NCBI GenBank assembly: GCA_963838385.1 | Contig: CAWIRE010000006.1 | Location: 556,796-620,795, forward strand | DNA: 64,000 bases | Direction: 5' to 3' | Source of the DNA: an uncultured Alphaproteobacteria bacterium | GTDB taxonomy: Bacteria > Pseudomonadota > Alphaproteobacteria > ATCC43930 > CGMCC-115725 | In this document: piece after piece, positions 40,854 to 51,972 of the stretch | Position numbering within the stretch: the stretch's first letter is position 1 | Layout: the number at the start of each line of letters is the position of its first letter | Position numbers and translations under genes: made by a program | Notes under the pieces: model-generated | Database searches by the model: none | What the model saw: only the letters and a program-made list of their open reading frames with translations | Told to the model about the DNA's origin: nothing

Positions 40854-43800
40854 ATGACGAAGCGCGGCCACCCTGTCGAAAGAGCGCCCGGGGCGAACCC
40901 CGGAGCCCGGCGCGATACCGCCGCGCTGGCGATGGCCGCGCTCGACGGCATCGCCGATGCGTTCTACGCCGTCGATGCCGATTGGCGCATCGTCTATGTC
41001 AACCGCCGTGCGGCCGAGCTCGCCGGCGCCAGGCCCGAGGCGCTGCTCGGCGCCGTGCTCTGGGAGCGTTTTCCCGAGCTCATCGGCAGCGAGCAGGAGC
41101 GGCGCCTGCGCCAGGCGATGACCTCCGGCGGCGCGGTCGACTACGAGATCTTCTCGCCGGTCGCCGGGCGCTGGTTCGCCGTCCGGATCTGCCCGCTGGC
41201 CGAGGGCATCACGGGCGTCCATGCCCGCGATATCGACGACCGCAAGCTGGCGCTCGAGGCGCTGCAGCGCAGCGGCGACCATCTGCGCATCGCCATGGAG
41301 GCGGCCGGCTTCGGCATCTGGGACTACGACATGCTCACCGGCAAGCGCGCCTGGACGGATCAGGCCAAGGCGCTGATGGGCGTGCCGCCGGGAGCCCGGC
41401 CCAGCCTCGAGGTGCTCATCGCCGCGGTCCATCCCGACGACCGCGAGCGCGTTGCCGAGGCGCATCGCCGCTCGCACGACCCCGCCGGCGGCGGCGTCTA
41501 TTCGGTCGAATATCGCGTGGCCGACGCCAGCCAGGGCGAGCGCTGGGTGGCGGCGCGCGGCCGCACCCTCTTCGACGCCGATCTCAGGCCGATCCGCATG
41601 ATCGGCGTCACCCTCGACATCACCGAGCACAAGCGGCGCGAGCAGGCGCTGCGCGACAGCCAGCAGCGCTTCCAGGACATGCTCGAGGCGCTGCCGCAGA
41701 TCGCCTTCGTCATCGGCACCGACGGCACCGCCGAATATTACAACCGGCGCTTCGTCGACTATGTCGGCCACGCGGTCGGCACCGATCCGGCCTCGCGTAC
41801 CGCCCTCCAGCACCCCGACGACCAGGCGACCCTGATGAAGGCGCGGATGGAGGGCGCGTTCTACGGCCGCGATTACACCGTGGAGTGCCGCATCCGCCGT
41901 CATGACGGCGCCTATCGCTGGCATGTCATCCATAATTCGCCGCTGCGGCGCGACGGCCGGATCGTCGCCTGGCTCGGCACCGCCATCGACATCGACGACA
42001 TGCGCCAGGCGCAGGAGACGATGCGCCGGGTCAATGACGAGCTCGAGCGCCGCGTCGCCGAGCGCACGCGCGATCTCGCCGAGGCCAATCAGCGGCTGCG
42101 CGCCAGCGAGGAGAATATGCGCTCGCTCTTCGGCAAGGCGCCGGTGCCGATGCATTCGCTCGACGCCTTGCGCTGCCTGGTCAACGTCAACGAGCGCTGG
42201 CTCGAGCTGTTCGGCTATCGCCGCGAGGAGGTGATCGGTCGCCGCATGTCGGACTTCCACGCGCCGGGGCACGAGGCGCTGCACGACGAGCGCTGGGCGG
42301 AGGTGCTGCGCAGCGGCGCGCTGCGCGACGTTCGAGCGGCGCTTCGTCAAGAAATCGGGCGAGGTGTTCGACGCGCTCGTCTCGGTTCATCTCGAGCGCG
42401 ACGCCCAAGGCGATTTCCTGCGCACCATCAGCACCACGGTCGACATCACCGCGCGCCGGCAGGCCGAGGAGGCGGTGCGCAGCGAGCGCCGGCTCTCCGA
42501 GCTGCTGATCGAGAGCGGCACCGACGGCATCATCGGCCTCGACAAGGAGATGCGCTACGTCGTCTGGAACCCGCGCATGGAGCGCGTCTCGGGCATGCCG
42601 CGCGAGACCGTGCTCGGGCGCGGCATCTTCGAGCGCCGCCCGGACTTTCTCGGCACGCCGATCGAGGCCGCCTGGCGCGCCACCATGGAAGGCCGGCGCA
42701 GCAGCCTGCGCGACCAGCCCTACGATTATCCGCCGCCGGGCACGAGCGGTTTCAGCGACATCAACTTCGCGCCGCTCTACGCCCCCGACCGCGGCATCAT
42801 CGGCGGCTTCGCCTTCCTGCACGACACCACCGAGCGCCGGCGCATCGAGGAGCAGCTGCGCCAGTCGCAGAAGATGGAGGCGGTGGGCCAGCTCACCGGC
42901 GGCGTCGCCCATGATTTCAACAATCTGCTCACCGTCATCATGGGCAATCTCGACAACCTCCGGCAGCATCTGCCCGACAATCCCGAAGCCGCGCGCATGG
43001 CCGAGGCGATCAACCGCGCCGCCGGCCGTGCCGCCACCCTCACCCATCGCCTGCTCGCCTTCGCCCGCCGCCAGCCGCTCGAGCCCAAGCCGATCGACGT
43101 CAACAAGCTGGTCGCCGGCATGTCCGATCTGCTGCGCCGCTCGCTGGGCGAAGGCATCGTCATCGAGACCGTGCTCGCCGGCGGCCTCTGGCGCACGCTG
43201 GCCGATCCGAACCAGCTCGAGAACGCGCTGCTCAACCTCGCCGTCAACGCGCGCGACGCCATGGCCGGCGGCGGCAAGCTCACGCTCGAGACCGCGAACG
43301 CCTTCCTCGACGAGACCTATGCCGAGGCGCATGAGGATCTCGCGCCCGGCCAGTACGTGATGATCGCCGTCTCCGACACCGGCAGCGGCATGACCCGCGA
43401 CGTGGCGGAAAAGGCCTTCGAGCCCTTCTTCACCACCAAGGAGGTCGGCCAGGGCACCGGGCTCGGCCTGCCGCAGGTCTACGGCTTCGTCAAGCAGTCG
43501 GGCGGCCATGCGAAGATCTACAGCGAGCCCGGCGAAGGCACGACGGTGAAGCTCTATCTGCCGCGGCTGGTGGCGCAGGAGCCGGCCGCGGAGGGCGCCG
43601 CCGAGGTGCGGCCGCTGCCGGCGCGCATCGCCGGCGAGACCATCCTGGTGGTCGAGGACGACGAGGATGTCCGCAGCTACAGCGCCGACATCCTGCGCGG
43701 GCTGGGCTATGGCGTGGTCGAGGCGACGGCCGGCCACGACGCGCTGCGGCTGCTGGAGAGCCGGCCCGAGATCCGCCTGCTCTTCACCGATGTCGGGCTG

Positions 43801-44016
43801 CCCGGCGGGTTCAACGGCCGCGAGCTTGCCGACGAGGCGACGCGCCGCCGGCCCGGCCTCAAGGTGCTCTTCACCACCGGCTATGCGAGGAACGCCATCG
43901 TCCATCAGGGCCGCCTCGACCCCGGCGTCGAGCTCATCGTCAAGCCCTTCACCGCCGCGGGCCTCGCGGCCAAGGTGAGGCAGGTGCTGCTGTCCGGGGA
44001 GATGCCGGGCGGCTGA
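40854..44016 (+). CDS. Multi-PAS hybrid sensor histidine kinase with C-terminal receiver; frame broken once near 42333
   Basis: Track ORFs 40854..42914 and 42364..44016 are two halves. ...LRSGALRDV (frame 0), then one extra c at 42333, then ERRFVKKSGEVFDALVSVHLERD (frame 1) restores a normal PAS core. H-box GQLTGGVAHDFNNLLTVIMGNL, G-box GTGLGLPQVYGFV, receiver ILVVEDDEDVRSY...LLFTDVGLPG. Confidence 0.8.
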
Positions 44017-44100
44017 GCCGCGGCGCCACGCGTCAGCGGAGCGGGATCAGGACCCTGGTCCTCGCCGGGCGGCGTCGGATGCGATGGAAGCCGGCCGCCT

Positions 44101-44871
44101 CTACTCGGCGGCGTCCCGGACGATCTTGTCCAGCACCGTCCACACCCCGTCGAGCGCCTTCGCCATCGCCTCGGCGTCGCGCACCGTCTCCATCAAGAGA
44201 TGCGGCTGACCGCGCAGCACCATCTGGGTGACGGCGAGCGATTCTTCGGCATGGCGCTCTTCGACGCCTTGCGAGAAACAGTCAGCGAAATACGGTTCTT
44301 TGACGATGTCGGGGAAATGCGCCGCGAGCGCGCTGGCGAGCGCGCGCATCCAGTCGTCCGACATCACCTCGACCGCGCACCACGGACCCAGCGACCGGGC
44401 GTAGAGCAACGTCGTCCGCTGCACGAAGCGCGCCATGTCCTTGTCGAGATGGCGGCACAGCTGGGCCGGGGCGCCGAATTCCTCATCTTCGAGAAGACCT
44501 TTGGCACCGATGTTCCGGAACGCTCTGGTCAGCTGATAGTGATGCGTATCGCCGCCCGGGAGCCCGTCATCGTCGATGAAAATCTGCAGCTTGCGCTTGC
44601 GCATCGCCGGGCTGTCGAGATGCGGAAGGTAATAGACCGCCGCGCGGGTCGCATGCATGGCCGATTGATAGACCAGATGCAGCCTTCCCAGCAGCATGGG
44701 ATCGCGCGCGACCGAAGCGGGCAGCGCCGCCAGGCGACTGAAAAACGGCATCCGCGACGGAAGATGCTTGGCCGCGATGGCGGCAATTCGATCGGGGAAC
44801 TCCTCGACGGGCTCGCGCACGGGCGCGGTTCCGGCCTGTCGCTCATCCAGGATGCTGTGGAGATTGATCAT
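44101..44871 (-). CDS. Heme-oxygenase-like fold protein (iron-containing redox enzyme family)
   Basis: All-helical 256-aa protein. LHLVYQSAMHATRAAVYYLP ... HYQLTRAFRNIG ... EERHAEESL resembles the Haem_oxygenase_2/TenA-like family. Tentative. Confidence 0.45.
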   Translation of the reverse strand: MINLHSILDERQAGTAPVREPVEEFPDRIAAIAAKHLPSRMPFFSRLAALPASVARDPMLLGRLHLVYQSAMHATRAAVYYLPHLDSPAMRKRKLQIFIDDDGLPGGDTHHYQLTRAFRNIGAKGLLEDEEFGAPAQLCRHLDKDMARFVQRTTLLYARSLGPWCAVEVMSDDWMRALASALAAHFPDIVKEPYFADCFSQGVEERHAEESLAVTQMVLRGQPHLLMETVRDAEAMAKALDGVWTVLDKIVRDAAE

Positions 44872-45124
44872 GTGCTATTTTCCCACCCCGTTCGCGCTCA
44901 ACTCCGCAAAGAAGCGATGCGCTCCTCGAAAATCCTGAACCGTTCAATACTACAATGCCACATCGTTCCTGCCTGTTCCAGACCCTGCTACTTAATTGTC
45001 GCCGATTTCATTATTTTGGATGTTCCGCGTCAGGAAGACGACAGGCATCGCCTCGTTCTCCGATTTGATTGAGACACTTTTTTTGCACCGCGGGATATGC
45101 GTCTTGTCTTGCGGACAGGGGACA

Positions 45125-46303
45125 ATGGGAATGGGATCGTTCGCCAAGCTCGCGGCCGGCTGGTGCACCTTGTTCGTCGTCGGCACCGATCTGTTCGTCG
45201 TTTCTCCGCTCCTGCCGATGATCGGCGCCGACTACGACATCTCGCCGGCGCTGGCCGGCCTCGGCGTCACGGTGTTTGCCGCCGCCTATATGGTGGTTGC
45301 CCCGGTTCTCGGTCATGTCGCCGATCGACTGGGTCGCGGCAGGACGCTGTTCTGGTGTCTTCTCGCCTTTGGCGCCGCCAATCTGTTGACGGCCGGCTCG
45401 CTTGCCTTCGCGTGGTTCCTGGCGGCGAGGTTCCTGGCCGGCGCCGCGGCGGCCGGGATCTCGCCCGCGGTCTATGCCGTCATCGGCGATGCCGCTCCGG
45501 CGGAGCGGCGCGCGACCTGGTTGGCCATCGTGGTCTCGGGCCTGCTCAGCGCGCTGGCGCTGGGGGCGCCGATCGGCACGATGGTCGCCGCGGCGTTCGG
45601 CTGGTCGATGGTGTTCGTGGCGCTCGCCGGCCTCAGCCTGGTCCTCGCCGGCGCGAATTACGGTCTGTGGCCAGGCGCCGAGCGCGCCGGCGGCTCGGCC
45701 GGCCTCCCGCGTCAGGCCCTCGGCGCCTTGCTTCTCGCACGGCGGATGTCGCCGACCGTCGTGTGGAGCGCGGCGCTCTATGGCGTCTATACCTATCTCG
45801 GCGCCGGCCTCGCGGAGCTCGGCTTCTCCACCGCGCAGATTGCTCGTACGATCCTGGTTTACGGCGGCTGCGCGTTTGCCGGGACGCTGGTTGGCGGGCG
45901 CGCGGCCGATCGTTTCGGAGCGAAGAAAACCGCGGTATCCTGCGTTGCCGGTCTGGGCGTCTGCTTTCTGCTGCTCCGCCTGGCGCTGCCCGACCGCTAT
46001 CTGGTCGAGGTGATCTTGGGCCTCGCCTCGCTGGCCGCCCAGATGTTCTTCCCCGCCCAGCAAGCCGGTCTGGCCGCCGATTTCCCGGCGCGGCGCGCGA
46101 CCGTTCTTGCCTGGAACAACAGCGCGCTCTTCATCGGCATCGCGCTCGGATCCCTGGTCGGCGGCGCGGCGGTGGCCAGCGCGGGATTCGCGGCCGACGT
46201 GACGATCTGCGCCGGGATCGCCCTTGCCGGCGGGCTCGTCAACTGGATCGCCGTGCCCGGTCCGGTCCGCTATCGGGCCGAGCGGACAGGGCATGGCGGG
46301 TGA
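45125..46303 (+). CDS. MFS transporter (12-TM)
   Basis: FVVGTDLFVVSPLLPMIGADYDISPALAGLGVTVFAAAYMVVAPVLGHVADRLGRGRTL contains MFS motif A. Confidence 0.8.
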   Translation: MGMGSFAKLAAGWCTLFVVGTDLFVVSPLLPMIGADYDISPALAGLGVTVFAAAYMVVAPVLGHVADRLGRGRTLFWCLLAFGAANLLTAGSLAFAWFLAARFLAGAAAAGISPAVYAVIGDAAPAERRATWLAIVVSGLLSALALGAPIGTMVAAAFGWSMVFVALAGLSLVLAGANYGLWPGAERAGGSAGLPRQALGALLLARRMSPTVVWSAALYGVYTYLGAGLAELGFSTAQIARTILVYGGCAFAGTLVGGRAADRFGAKKTAVSCVAGLGVCFLLLRLALPDRYLVEVILGLASLAAQMFFPAQQAGLAADFPARRATVLAWNNSALFIGIALGSLVGGAAVASAGFAADVTICAGIALAGGLVNWIAVPGPVRYRAERTGHGG

Positions 46304-46334
46304 CCAGGCCCGCGGACGGCGCCGGGGCTTGGGG

Positions 46335-48815
46335 CTATTCGTTCATCGCATGCGGCAACCGGCTTCCCGGCAGCGCCTCGAGCTCGCCTCCGGCCAGCGC
46401 GCGGTTGATGCTTGCGACCAGCTCCTGGATATCGAACGGCTTCTTGAGAAACTGCGAGTTTGCTAGGGATACATCGCCGGCCGTGACGTTGGCCGCGCCG
46501 GTGATCAAGATGACGGGCAGGCCCGGCGAGGTCTGGCGCGCCTTCATGATCAGTTCCGGTCCGGTCATCGACGGCATCGCCAGATCGGTGATCATCAGAT
46601 CGATGTCGCCCTCCTGCTCGAGCGCCCTCAAGGCGGCGTGACCGTCCTCCGCGTCCACGACGTCGTAGCCGAGGTCGCTCAGCAGCGAGCTGACAAAGCT
46701 GCGGACTTCCGGATCGTCATCGACGACGAGCACCGTGGAAGCCAGGGATTCCGGCTCGACGTTCGCTTCGGCGCCGACGGGGCGTCGCTCGGCGAGCAGC
46801 AGGGCCTCGGGGGTCGCGCGCGGGAAAAACATGCTGACCGTGGTGCCGTGATCGAGGCGGGTATCGATGCTCACGGAGCCGCCGCACCGCCTGACCAGGC
46901 CATAGACCATGCTCAGTCCCAGCCCGGTCCCTTTGCCGAGGCCCTTGGTCGTGAAGAACGGCTCGAACACCTTGGTGCGGACTTCCTCGCTCATGCCGGT
47001 GCCGGTGTCGGCAACCGAGACCATGACGCAATCATCCGTCATATCCACCGGCAGACGCGGATCGCCCGCCGGAATATTGGCGGTGCTGATGGTCAGGCAG
47101 CCGCCGCTCGGCATCGCGTCCCGCGCGTTGATCGCCAAATTCAGCACGGCCAGTTCGAGCTGGCTGGCCTCGCCCATGGCCTTCCACAATCCCTTCTCGA
47201 GTTTCAGCTCGGTGCGGATGATCGAGGTTATCGATCGCTTCAGCAGCTCCTGGCTGTTTTCGAGCGCGCTGTTCACGTCGATGGGATCCAGCTGAAGGCG
47301 CTGGCGGCGCGAGAAGGTCAGGAGATCGCCGACCAGTCTTGCGCCGCGCTTGCCGGCCCGTGTCGCCGTGTCGAGCGCTCCCAGAATCCGGTGGTCCTTG
47401 ACGCGGCGACGCGCGATCTCGAGATTGCCCAGGATCGCGGTGAGCAGGTTGTTGAAGTCGTGCGCGATGCCGCTGGTCAACTGACCGATCGCCTCGATTT
47501 TTTGCGCATGCAGCAGATCCGCCTGGATGCGCTCGCGCTCCCTGATCTCGGCCTTGAGCTGCTGGTTCGCCTGAGCCAGCTCGTTCGTGCGCAGCACGAC
47601 GCGATCTTCGAGCGACGCGTTCAGCTGCCGGAGCGTCTCCTCCGCCAGCATCCGCGCCTTGGCGTCGGCCGCCAACGCGTCCGCCATGTCGTTGAAGGCG
47701 ATGCCGAGACGGCTGATCTCGGTCCCGGAATCCTGCACCGGAACCCGGGCCTCATAGTCCCCCTTGCTCCACTTGCTGGCGCCCTCGAGCAGGGCCTCGA
47801 TGGGTCGCCGGATGAAAATGCGGCCGCCATACCAAGCCGCGGTGATCGCCAGCAGGAATCCCAGAAGGATGAGGCCGATGCCGCGTCTCGTGGCATCGTC
47901 GATCGGCGTGAACGCCTCCGATTTCGTCTGGCCGGCGCTGAGAAACAGGTCATAGGGCGGCAGCTTGACCGGCACATAGCCGAAGATCCGGGTTATGCCG
48001 TCGACGCCGACGGCTTCCTCCCACCCCGTCGTGTCCCCGTCCATGATCGCTTCGTGGGTCCGGCGCATGTTCTTGCCGATCAGCTTCTCCGGATGCGGCA
48101 GCCGCGCGATGATGTTGCCCTCGCGGTCGGCGATCAGGATCGATTGATCCGGCGTCAGCTTCCTGTCCTTGAGATGCTCGGAAAGCCAATCGAGATCCAG
48201 CGCGGCGAACACGACGCCCGCCGAGCGTCCCGCGTCGTCGTAGAAGCGGTGAGCGAATTGAATCGACTTCTGGCCGGTCTGCGGATCGACCCAGTAATTG
48301 CCGACGGCGACTTCCAGATCGCCCTTCAGCGCCATGGCTCGCTTGAAAAACGCCTGGTCTGCAACAGAAGTGTAGGATCTCGGCGAGCTCGAGCAGAAGA
48401 TGTTGCCCTGCCCATCCGTGGCGGCGATGAGATTGTAGCTCAGGTAGCTCTGCTTCAGGCTGGCGAAGAGCGCGCTGCAGGCGCGGGCATCGCGCTGCTT
48501 CACGACGGACAGCTGGCCGAGCGCCAGCAGCAGCTGGCGGGCGCCTTCGCGCAACTCGCCCATTTCGTGGCCGAATTGCGTGGTGATCTGCACGACCTCG
48601 TGCCGGATCTCGGCTTCCCGCGCTTTCCTCAGGTCGTACTCGTTGTAAGCCTGGATCCCGAGCGCCGGAAGGACGGCGATGAACACCAGCAGGAACATGC
48701 GGAAGGTCAGCGGCATCCGTCGCAGGCGCGCGACCACGCCGGCGATCCGGTGCCGGGGGGCAATCTTGGCGAAGGTCTCGACGTCGCTGGCGGCCGGCGT
48801 CTTCATGCCCGTCAT
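46335..48815 (-). CDS. Hybrid sensor histidine kinase (TM-Cache-like-TM-HAMP-HisKA-HATPase-receiver)
   Basis: HAMP region RRPIEALLEGASKWSKGDYEARV. H-box SGIAHDFNNLLTAILGNLE. GTGLGLSMVYGLV. Receiver VLVVDDDPEVRSF...DLMITDLAMPSMTG. Confidence 0.85.
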   Translation of the reverse strand: MTGMKTPAASDVETFAKIAPRHRIAGVVARLRRMPLTFRMFLLVFIAVLPALGIQAYNEYDLRKAREAEIRHEVVQITTQFGHEMGELREGARQLLLALGQLSVVKQRDARACSALFASLKQSYLSYNLIAATDGQGNIFCSSSPRSYTSVADQAFFKRAMALKGDLEVAVGNYWVDPQTGQKSIQFAHRFYDDAGRSAGVVFAALDLDWLSEHLKDRKLTPDQSILIADREGNIIARLPHPEKLIGKNMRRTHEAIMDGDTTGWEEAVGVDGITRIFGYVPVKLPPYDLFLSAGQTKSEAFTPIDDATRRGIGLILLGFLLAITAAWYGGRIFIRRPIEALLEGASKWSKGDYEARVPVQDSGTEISRLGIAFNDMADALAADAKARMLAEETLRQLNASLEDRVVLRTNELAQANQQLKAEIRERERIQADLLHAQKIEAIGQLTSGIAHDFNNLLTAILGNLEIARRRVKDHRILGALDTATRAGKRGARLVGDLLTFSRRQRLQLDPIDVNSALENSQELLKRSITSIIRTELKLEKGLWKAMGEASQLELAVLNLAINARDAMPSGGCLTISTANIPAGDPRLPVDMTDDCVMVSVADTGTGMSEEVRTKVFEPFFTTKGLGKGTGLGLSMVYGLVRRCGGSVSIDTRLDHGTTVSMFFPRATPEALLLAERRPVGAEANVEPESLASTVLVVDDDPEVRSFVSSLLSDLGYDVVDAEDGHAALRALEQEGDIDLMITDLAMPSMTGPELIMKARQTSPGLPVILITGAANVTAGDVSLANSQFLKKPFDIQELVASINRALAGGELEALPGSRLPHAMNE

Positions 48816-49070
48816 CGCCTCCCCATGGCTTCTATGATCAGGCGATCATGATACATTATAACACTTAATTGCGTGAAACGAGTGCGCCTTCTCCTGGCAA
48901 TTATGACCCCAGGATTGTGCAATTTTGCTAACCATGCTGTAACTAGTATGAGCATAGATGGCTTGAAAATGAAGCGTGGCGGCAATCCTGGCAAGGGCCG
49001 ATGAAGCGCGACGCTGCGATGCTGAGCCGGTCGAGGGTATCGCGCCTCGGCCGCCGCTGAAAGGCTCTTA

Positions 49071-49493
49071 ATGGCCAAGGTCCTTGTAATTGAGGATGAT
49101 CCCGAGGTTCGTCAGACTCTCACCTACATCCTTGAGGATGAAGGACATACCGTTATCCTCGCCGAGGACGGCGCCAAGGGGATCAAGAAGTTCGCGAGCG
49201 ACCACCCGGACCTGGTGATCACCGATGTCTTCATGCCCAACCAGGAGGGCTTCCAGACGATGCGCGAGATCCTGGCGCTGAAGCCGGAAGCCAAGATCAT
49301 CGCGGCCTCGGCCGGTTTCGGTCCCTCCTCCTCCCGCGGCGGCGATAAGAGAGATTTCTACCTCCGGATGGCCCAGCAATTGGGCGCAACCGAGACCATT
49401 GCCAAACCCTTTGAAATCGACGACCTCATCCGGCGCGTGAAGCGCTGCCTGGCCGGCGGCCCTCCGGCCGCTTCGCGGTCCACGCCCCGCTGA
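49071..49493 (+). CDS. Single-domain (CheY-like) response regulator
   Basis: KVLVIEDDPEVRQTL ... PDLVITDVFMPNQEG ... KIIAASA ... IAKPFEIDDL has all receiver hallmarks. Divergent from the kinase across an AT-rich spacer. Confidence 0.85.
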   Translation: MAKVLVIEDDPEVRQTLTYILEDEGHTVILAEDGAKGIKKFASDHPDLVITDVFMPNQEGFQTMREILALKPEAKIIAASAGFGPSSSRGGDKRDFYLRMAQQLGATETIAKPFEIDDLIRRVKRCLAGGPPAASRSTPR

Positions 49494-49635
49494 GCCGCCG
49501 GCGCGGCTCGGCGGGCCGCCGATAATTCCCCGACGCTGCAAAACCGGCCCCGGCGTGCTAAAAGCCCGTCCTGTGCCCGGGGAGAGCCCGGGTCACGCAC
49601 TCGCCTCGCCCTTCCCTTTTGCCAGCCGCGACATC

Positions 49636-50583
49636 ATGAACGACCTCGATCTCTCGACCCGCGCCGCCATCGATGCGGTGATCGCCGGGCTGGCGCGGGC
49701 CGGCTATATCTGCAGCCGCCAGATCGCCACCGCCGTCTTCCTGGCGCAGCATCTGCAGAAGCCGATCCTGGTCGAAGGTCCCGCCGGGGTCGGCAAGACC
49801 GAACTCGCCAAGGCCACGTCCGCGCTGCTCGGCCTGCCGCTCATCCGCATGCAATGCTATGAGGGCCTCGACGAGGCCAAGGCGCTCTACGAGTGGAAAT
49901 ACGCCAAGCAGCTCCTCTACACCCAGATCCTCCGGGACCGGCTGGGCGAGGAGCTGAATGGGGTCAAGAGCCTGAGCGCCGCCTTGAAGCGCCTGCAGGG
50001 CGCCGGCGACATCTTCTTCTCCGAGCAGTTCCTCGAGCCGCGGCCGCTGCTGCGCGCCTTGCAGCAGCCGGCGGGCGCGGTGCTGCTGGTCGACGAGGTC
50101 GACAAATCCGACCAGGAGTTCGAGGCCTTCCTGCTCGAGATCCTCTCGGACTACCAGGTCACGGTGCCGGAGATCGGCACCATCCGCGCGCCGGTCCCGC
50201 CCTTCGTCGTGCTCACCTCCAACAATGCGCGCGATCTCGGCGACGCGCTGAAGCGGCGCTGCCTCCATCTCCATATCGGCTTCCCCGAGCCCCGGCTCGA
50301 GGAGCGCATCATCGAGGTCAAGGTGCCCGGCGTCTCGGCGGCCCTGCGCCGCGAGATCGTCGCCCTCGTCCAGCAGCTGCGCCGCCAGGATCTGCGCAAG
50401 CTGCCCTCGGTCAGCGAGACCATCGACTGGGCCCGCGTGCTGCTGCTGCTCCATGCCGAGCATCTCGAGGCCGAGCTGGTGCGGGATACCTTGAACGTGC
50501 TGCTGAAATTCGAAGGCGACGTGCAGGCGGTCGAGAGCAAGCTCCCCGCGCTCACCGAGGCGGCGCGGCGCGAGGCGCTGTGA
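49636..50583 (+). CDS. MoxR/CoxD-like AAA+ ATPase
   Basis: Walker A GPAGVGKTELAKA; Walker B VLLVDEVDKS; YEGLDEAKALYEWKYAKQLLY is typical of the CoxD/MoxR subgroup. Confidence 0.85.
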   Translation: MNDLDLSTRAAIDAVIAGLARAGYICSRQIATAVFLAQHLQKPILVEGPAGVGKTELAKATSALLGLPLIRMQCYEGLDEAKALYEWKYAKQLLYTQILRDRLGEELNGVKSLSAALKRLQGAGDIFFSEQFLEPRPLLRALQQPAGAVLLVDEVDKSDQEFEAFLLEILSDYQVTVPEIGTIRAPVPPFVVLTSNNARDLGDALKRRCLHLHIGFPEPRLEERIIEVKVPGVSAALRREIVALVQQLRRQDLRKLPSVSETIDWARVLLLLHAEHLEAELVRDTLNVLLKFEGDVQAVESKLPALTEAARREAL

Positions 50584-50601
50584 GGGGCCGGTGAAATGAC
50601 T

Positions 50602-50700
50602 CCCCTCCATCGTCATGCCCGGGCCGGCCGAAGGCCGAGTCCCGGGCATCCACGTCTTGCAACGAGCGCGCCGCAAGACGTGGATGCGCGGGACAAGCCC
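50602..50700. repeat. REP-like multi-hairpin element, left part (right arm continues at 51984-52002 beyond the IS)
   Basis: atgcccggg...cccgggcat and catccacgtcttgc...gcaagacgtggatg hairpins. The outer arm cccctccatcgtcatgc (50602-50618) pairs with gcatgacgacggagggg (51986-52002), 16 of 17. It translates to the MPGxxPGIHV / KTWMPGTRP-type pseudo-peptides typical of alphaproteobacterial repeats. Confidence 0.7.
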
Positions 50701-51972
50701 ACAGCTGTCCGGTTCGGGTTTCAGTTCCACTGGAGGGTCATTTGAGCGGCGTTGATCTGCGGGGGTGGATCGAGCTGCAACAGTCGATCGATGGGCCTGC
50801 GGTGCATCAGGTTGGCGCGAACCAGTCTGGCGAAGGCGAGAGGGCTTCGAATGGCGGTTTGCGTCGCCTGAGCGAGGCGAAGCAGCAGGAAGGCGATCAG
50901 CGCCACCGCGATCTGGATACGCACGGCGTTTTCGGAGGTGCCGAGGAAGTGGTTGATCTTCAGGACCTGCTTGACCCAGCGGAAGAACAGTTCGATCGCC
51001 CAGCGGCGCTGGTAAAGATCGGCGATTTCCTGGGCGGTTGCGTCGAGGTCATTGCTCAGCAGGCGCAAGATCTTGCCCGCCTCGGTCATGACCCGGACCT
51101 CGCGCACGGCGTGTTGCATGGGGTTGCGCCGGTTGTTGCACTGGCGCGCGGGGAGGAAGCCGATGCGATCGCTGAGGATCGTGCTGTCTTGGGGCAGAGG
51201 CAGCTCCTCGATGAGTTCGAGCGGGGTGTTGGCCTTGAAGCGGGTCACGATCCGGCATTGCGCCGCGTCGAGTTTCGCCCACCAGCCATAGTCGTAGTAA
51301 CCGAGGTCGAAGACATAGGTGGCTCCGGCGTCGATCGGCATCTGTTGCGCAACGCTGATGTCGGTGACGTTCGCCGCGCTGACCGCGGCGTAGATCGGCC
51401 GATCGGCGTCGGCATCGTAGATGACGTGCACCTTGGCACCGCAGACCCCGGCCGAGAACCGCGCCCAGTTGGCGCTGTATCCGGTCAGACGCACACCTGT
51501 GGCGTCGATGAGATAGGTGGTTTCGGCAAGCTTGCGGCGCAGCCCACGATGGGCCTGCGCCATCATCATCGCCAGAAGCTCGGCGAACATCGCCGCCGGC
51601 CGCACCGCATTGGCATCGCTCAGTGTCGAGCGCCGCGGTGGCTCAACACCCAGATGGTAGAGCCGGTCCGCGTGGCTCTCCAAGCCGTCCACGATCTCGC
51701 GCAGGCTTATGGCGCCCGAAAGCTGCCCGTGCAGCAGCGCCACGAACTGGCTCTTCGTCGTCAGCCGGCGGACGCCCGCATCAGCCCCATGGGCTTCCAC
51801 CATCCGATCGAACACAGGCCACGGAACGTGCTTAAGAACACTATGAAGTACGCTATTCTGATGCCGCATGGCGTCGATCCTCATCTCGTGTCCCGGAACG
51901 TTTGCCGACGTCCAGGACCGAGTAGAATCAACGCCATGCGCTTCGTCCACAAAAACCCAACCGGACAGCCGT
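50701..51972 (-). mobile_element. IS4-family insertion sequence (1272 bp) with 11-bp target-site duplication
   Basis: Terminal inverted repeats are ACAGCTGTCCGGTTCGGGTTT (50701-) and the reverse complement of the right end, ACGGCTGTCCGGTTGGGTTT (-51972). Both ends are flanked by identical GGGACAAGCCC (50690-50700 and 51973-51983). Confidence 0.8.
50721..51869 (-). CDS. IS4-family DDE transposase (DUF4372 N-terminus)
   Basis: MRHQNSVLHSVLKHVPWPVFDRMVEAHGADAGVRRLTTKSQFVALLHGQLSG ... YLIDATGVRL ... YVFDLGYYDYGWW ... RWAIELFFRWVKQ. Start at ATG 51869 (or 51884). The longer track ORF reads out of the IS into the REP repeat. Confidence 0.85.
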   Translation of the reverse strand: MRHQNSVLHSVLKHVPWPVFDRMVEAHGADAGVRRLTTKSQFVALLHGQLSGAISLREIVDGLESHADRLYHLGVEPPRRSTLSDANAVRPAAMFAELLAMMMAQAHRGLRRKLAETTYLIDATGVRLTGYSANWARFSAGVCGAKVHVIYDADADRPIYAAVSAANVTDISVAQQMPIDAGATYVFDLGYYDYGWWAKLDAAQCRIVTRFKANTPLELIEELPLPQDSTILSDRIGFLPARQCNNRRNPMQHAVREVRVMTEAGKILRLLSNDLDATAQEIADLYQRRWAIELFFRWVKQVLKINHFLGTSENAVRIQIAVALIAFLLLRLAQATQTAIRSPLAFARLVRANLMHRRPIDRLLQLDPPPQINAAQMTLQWN

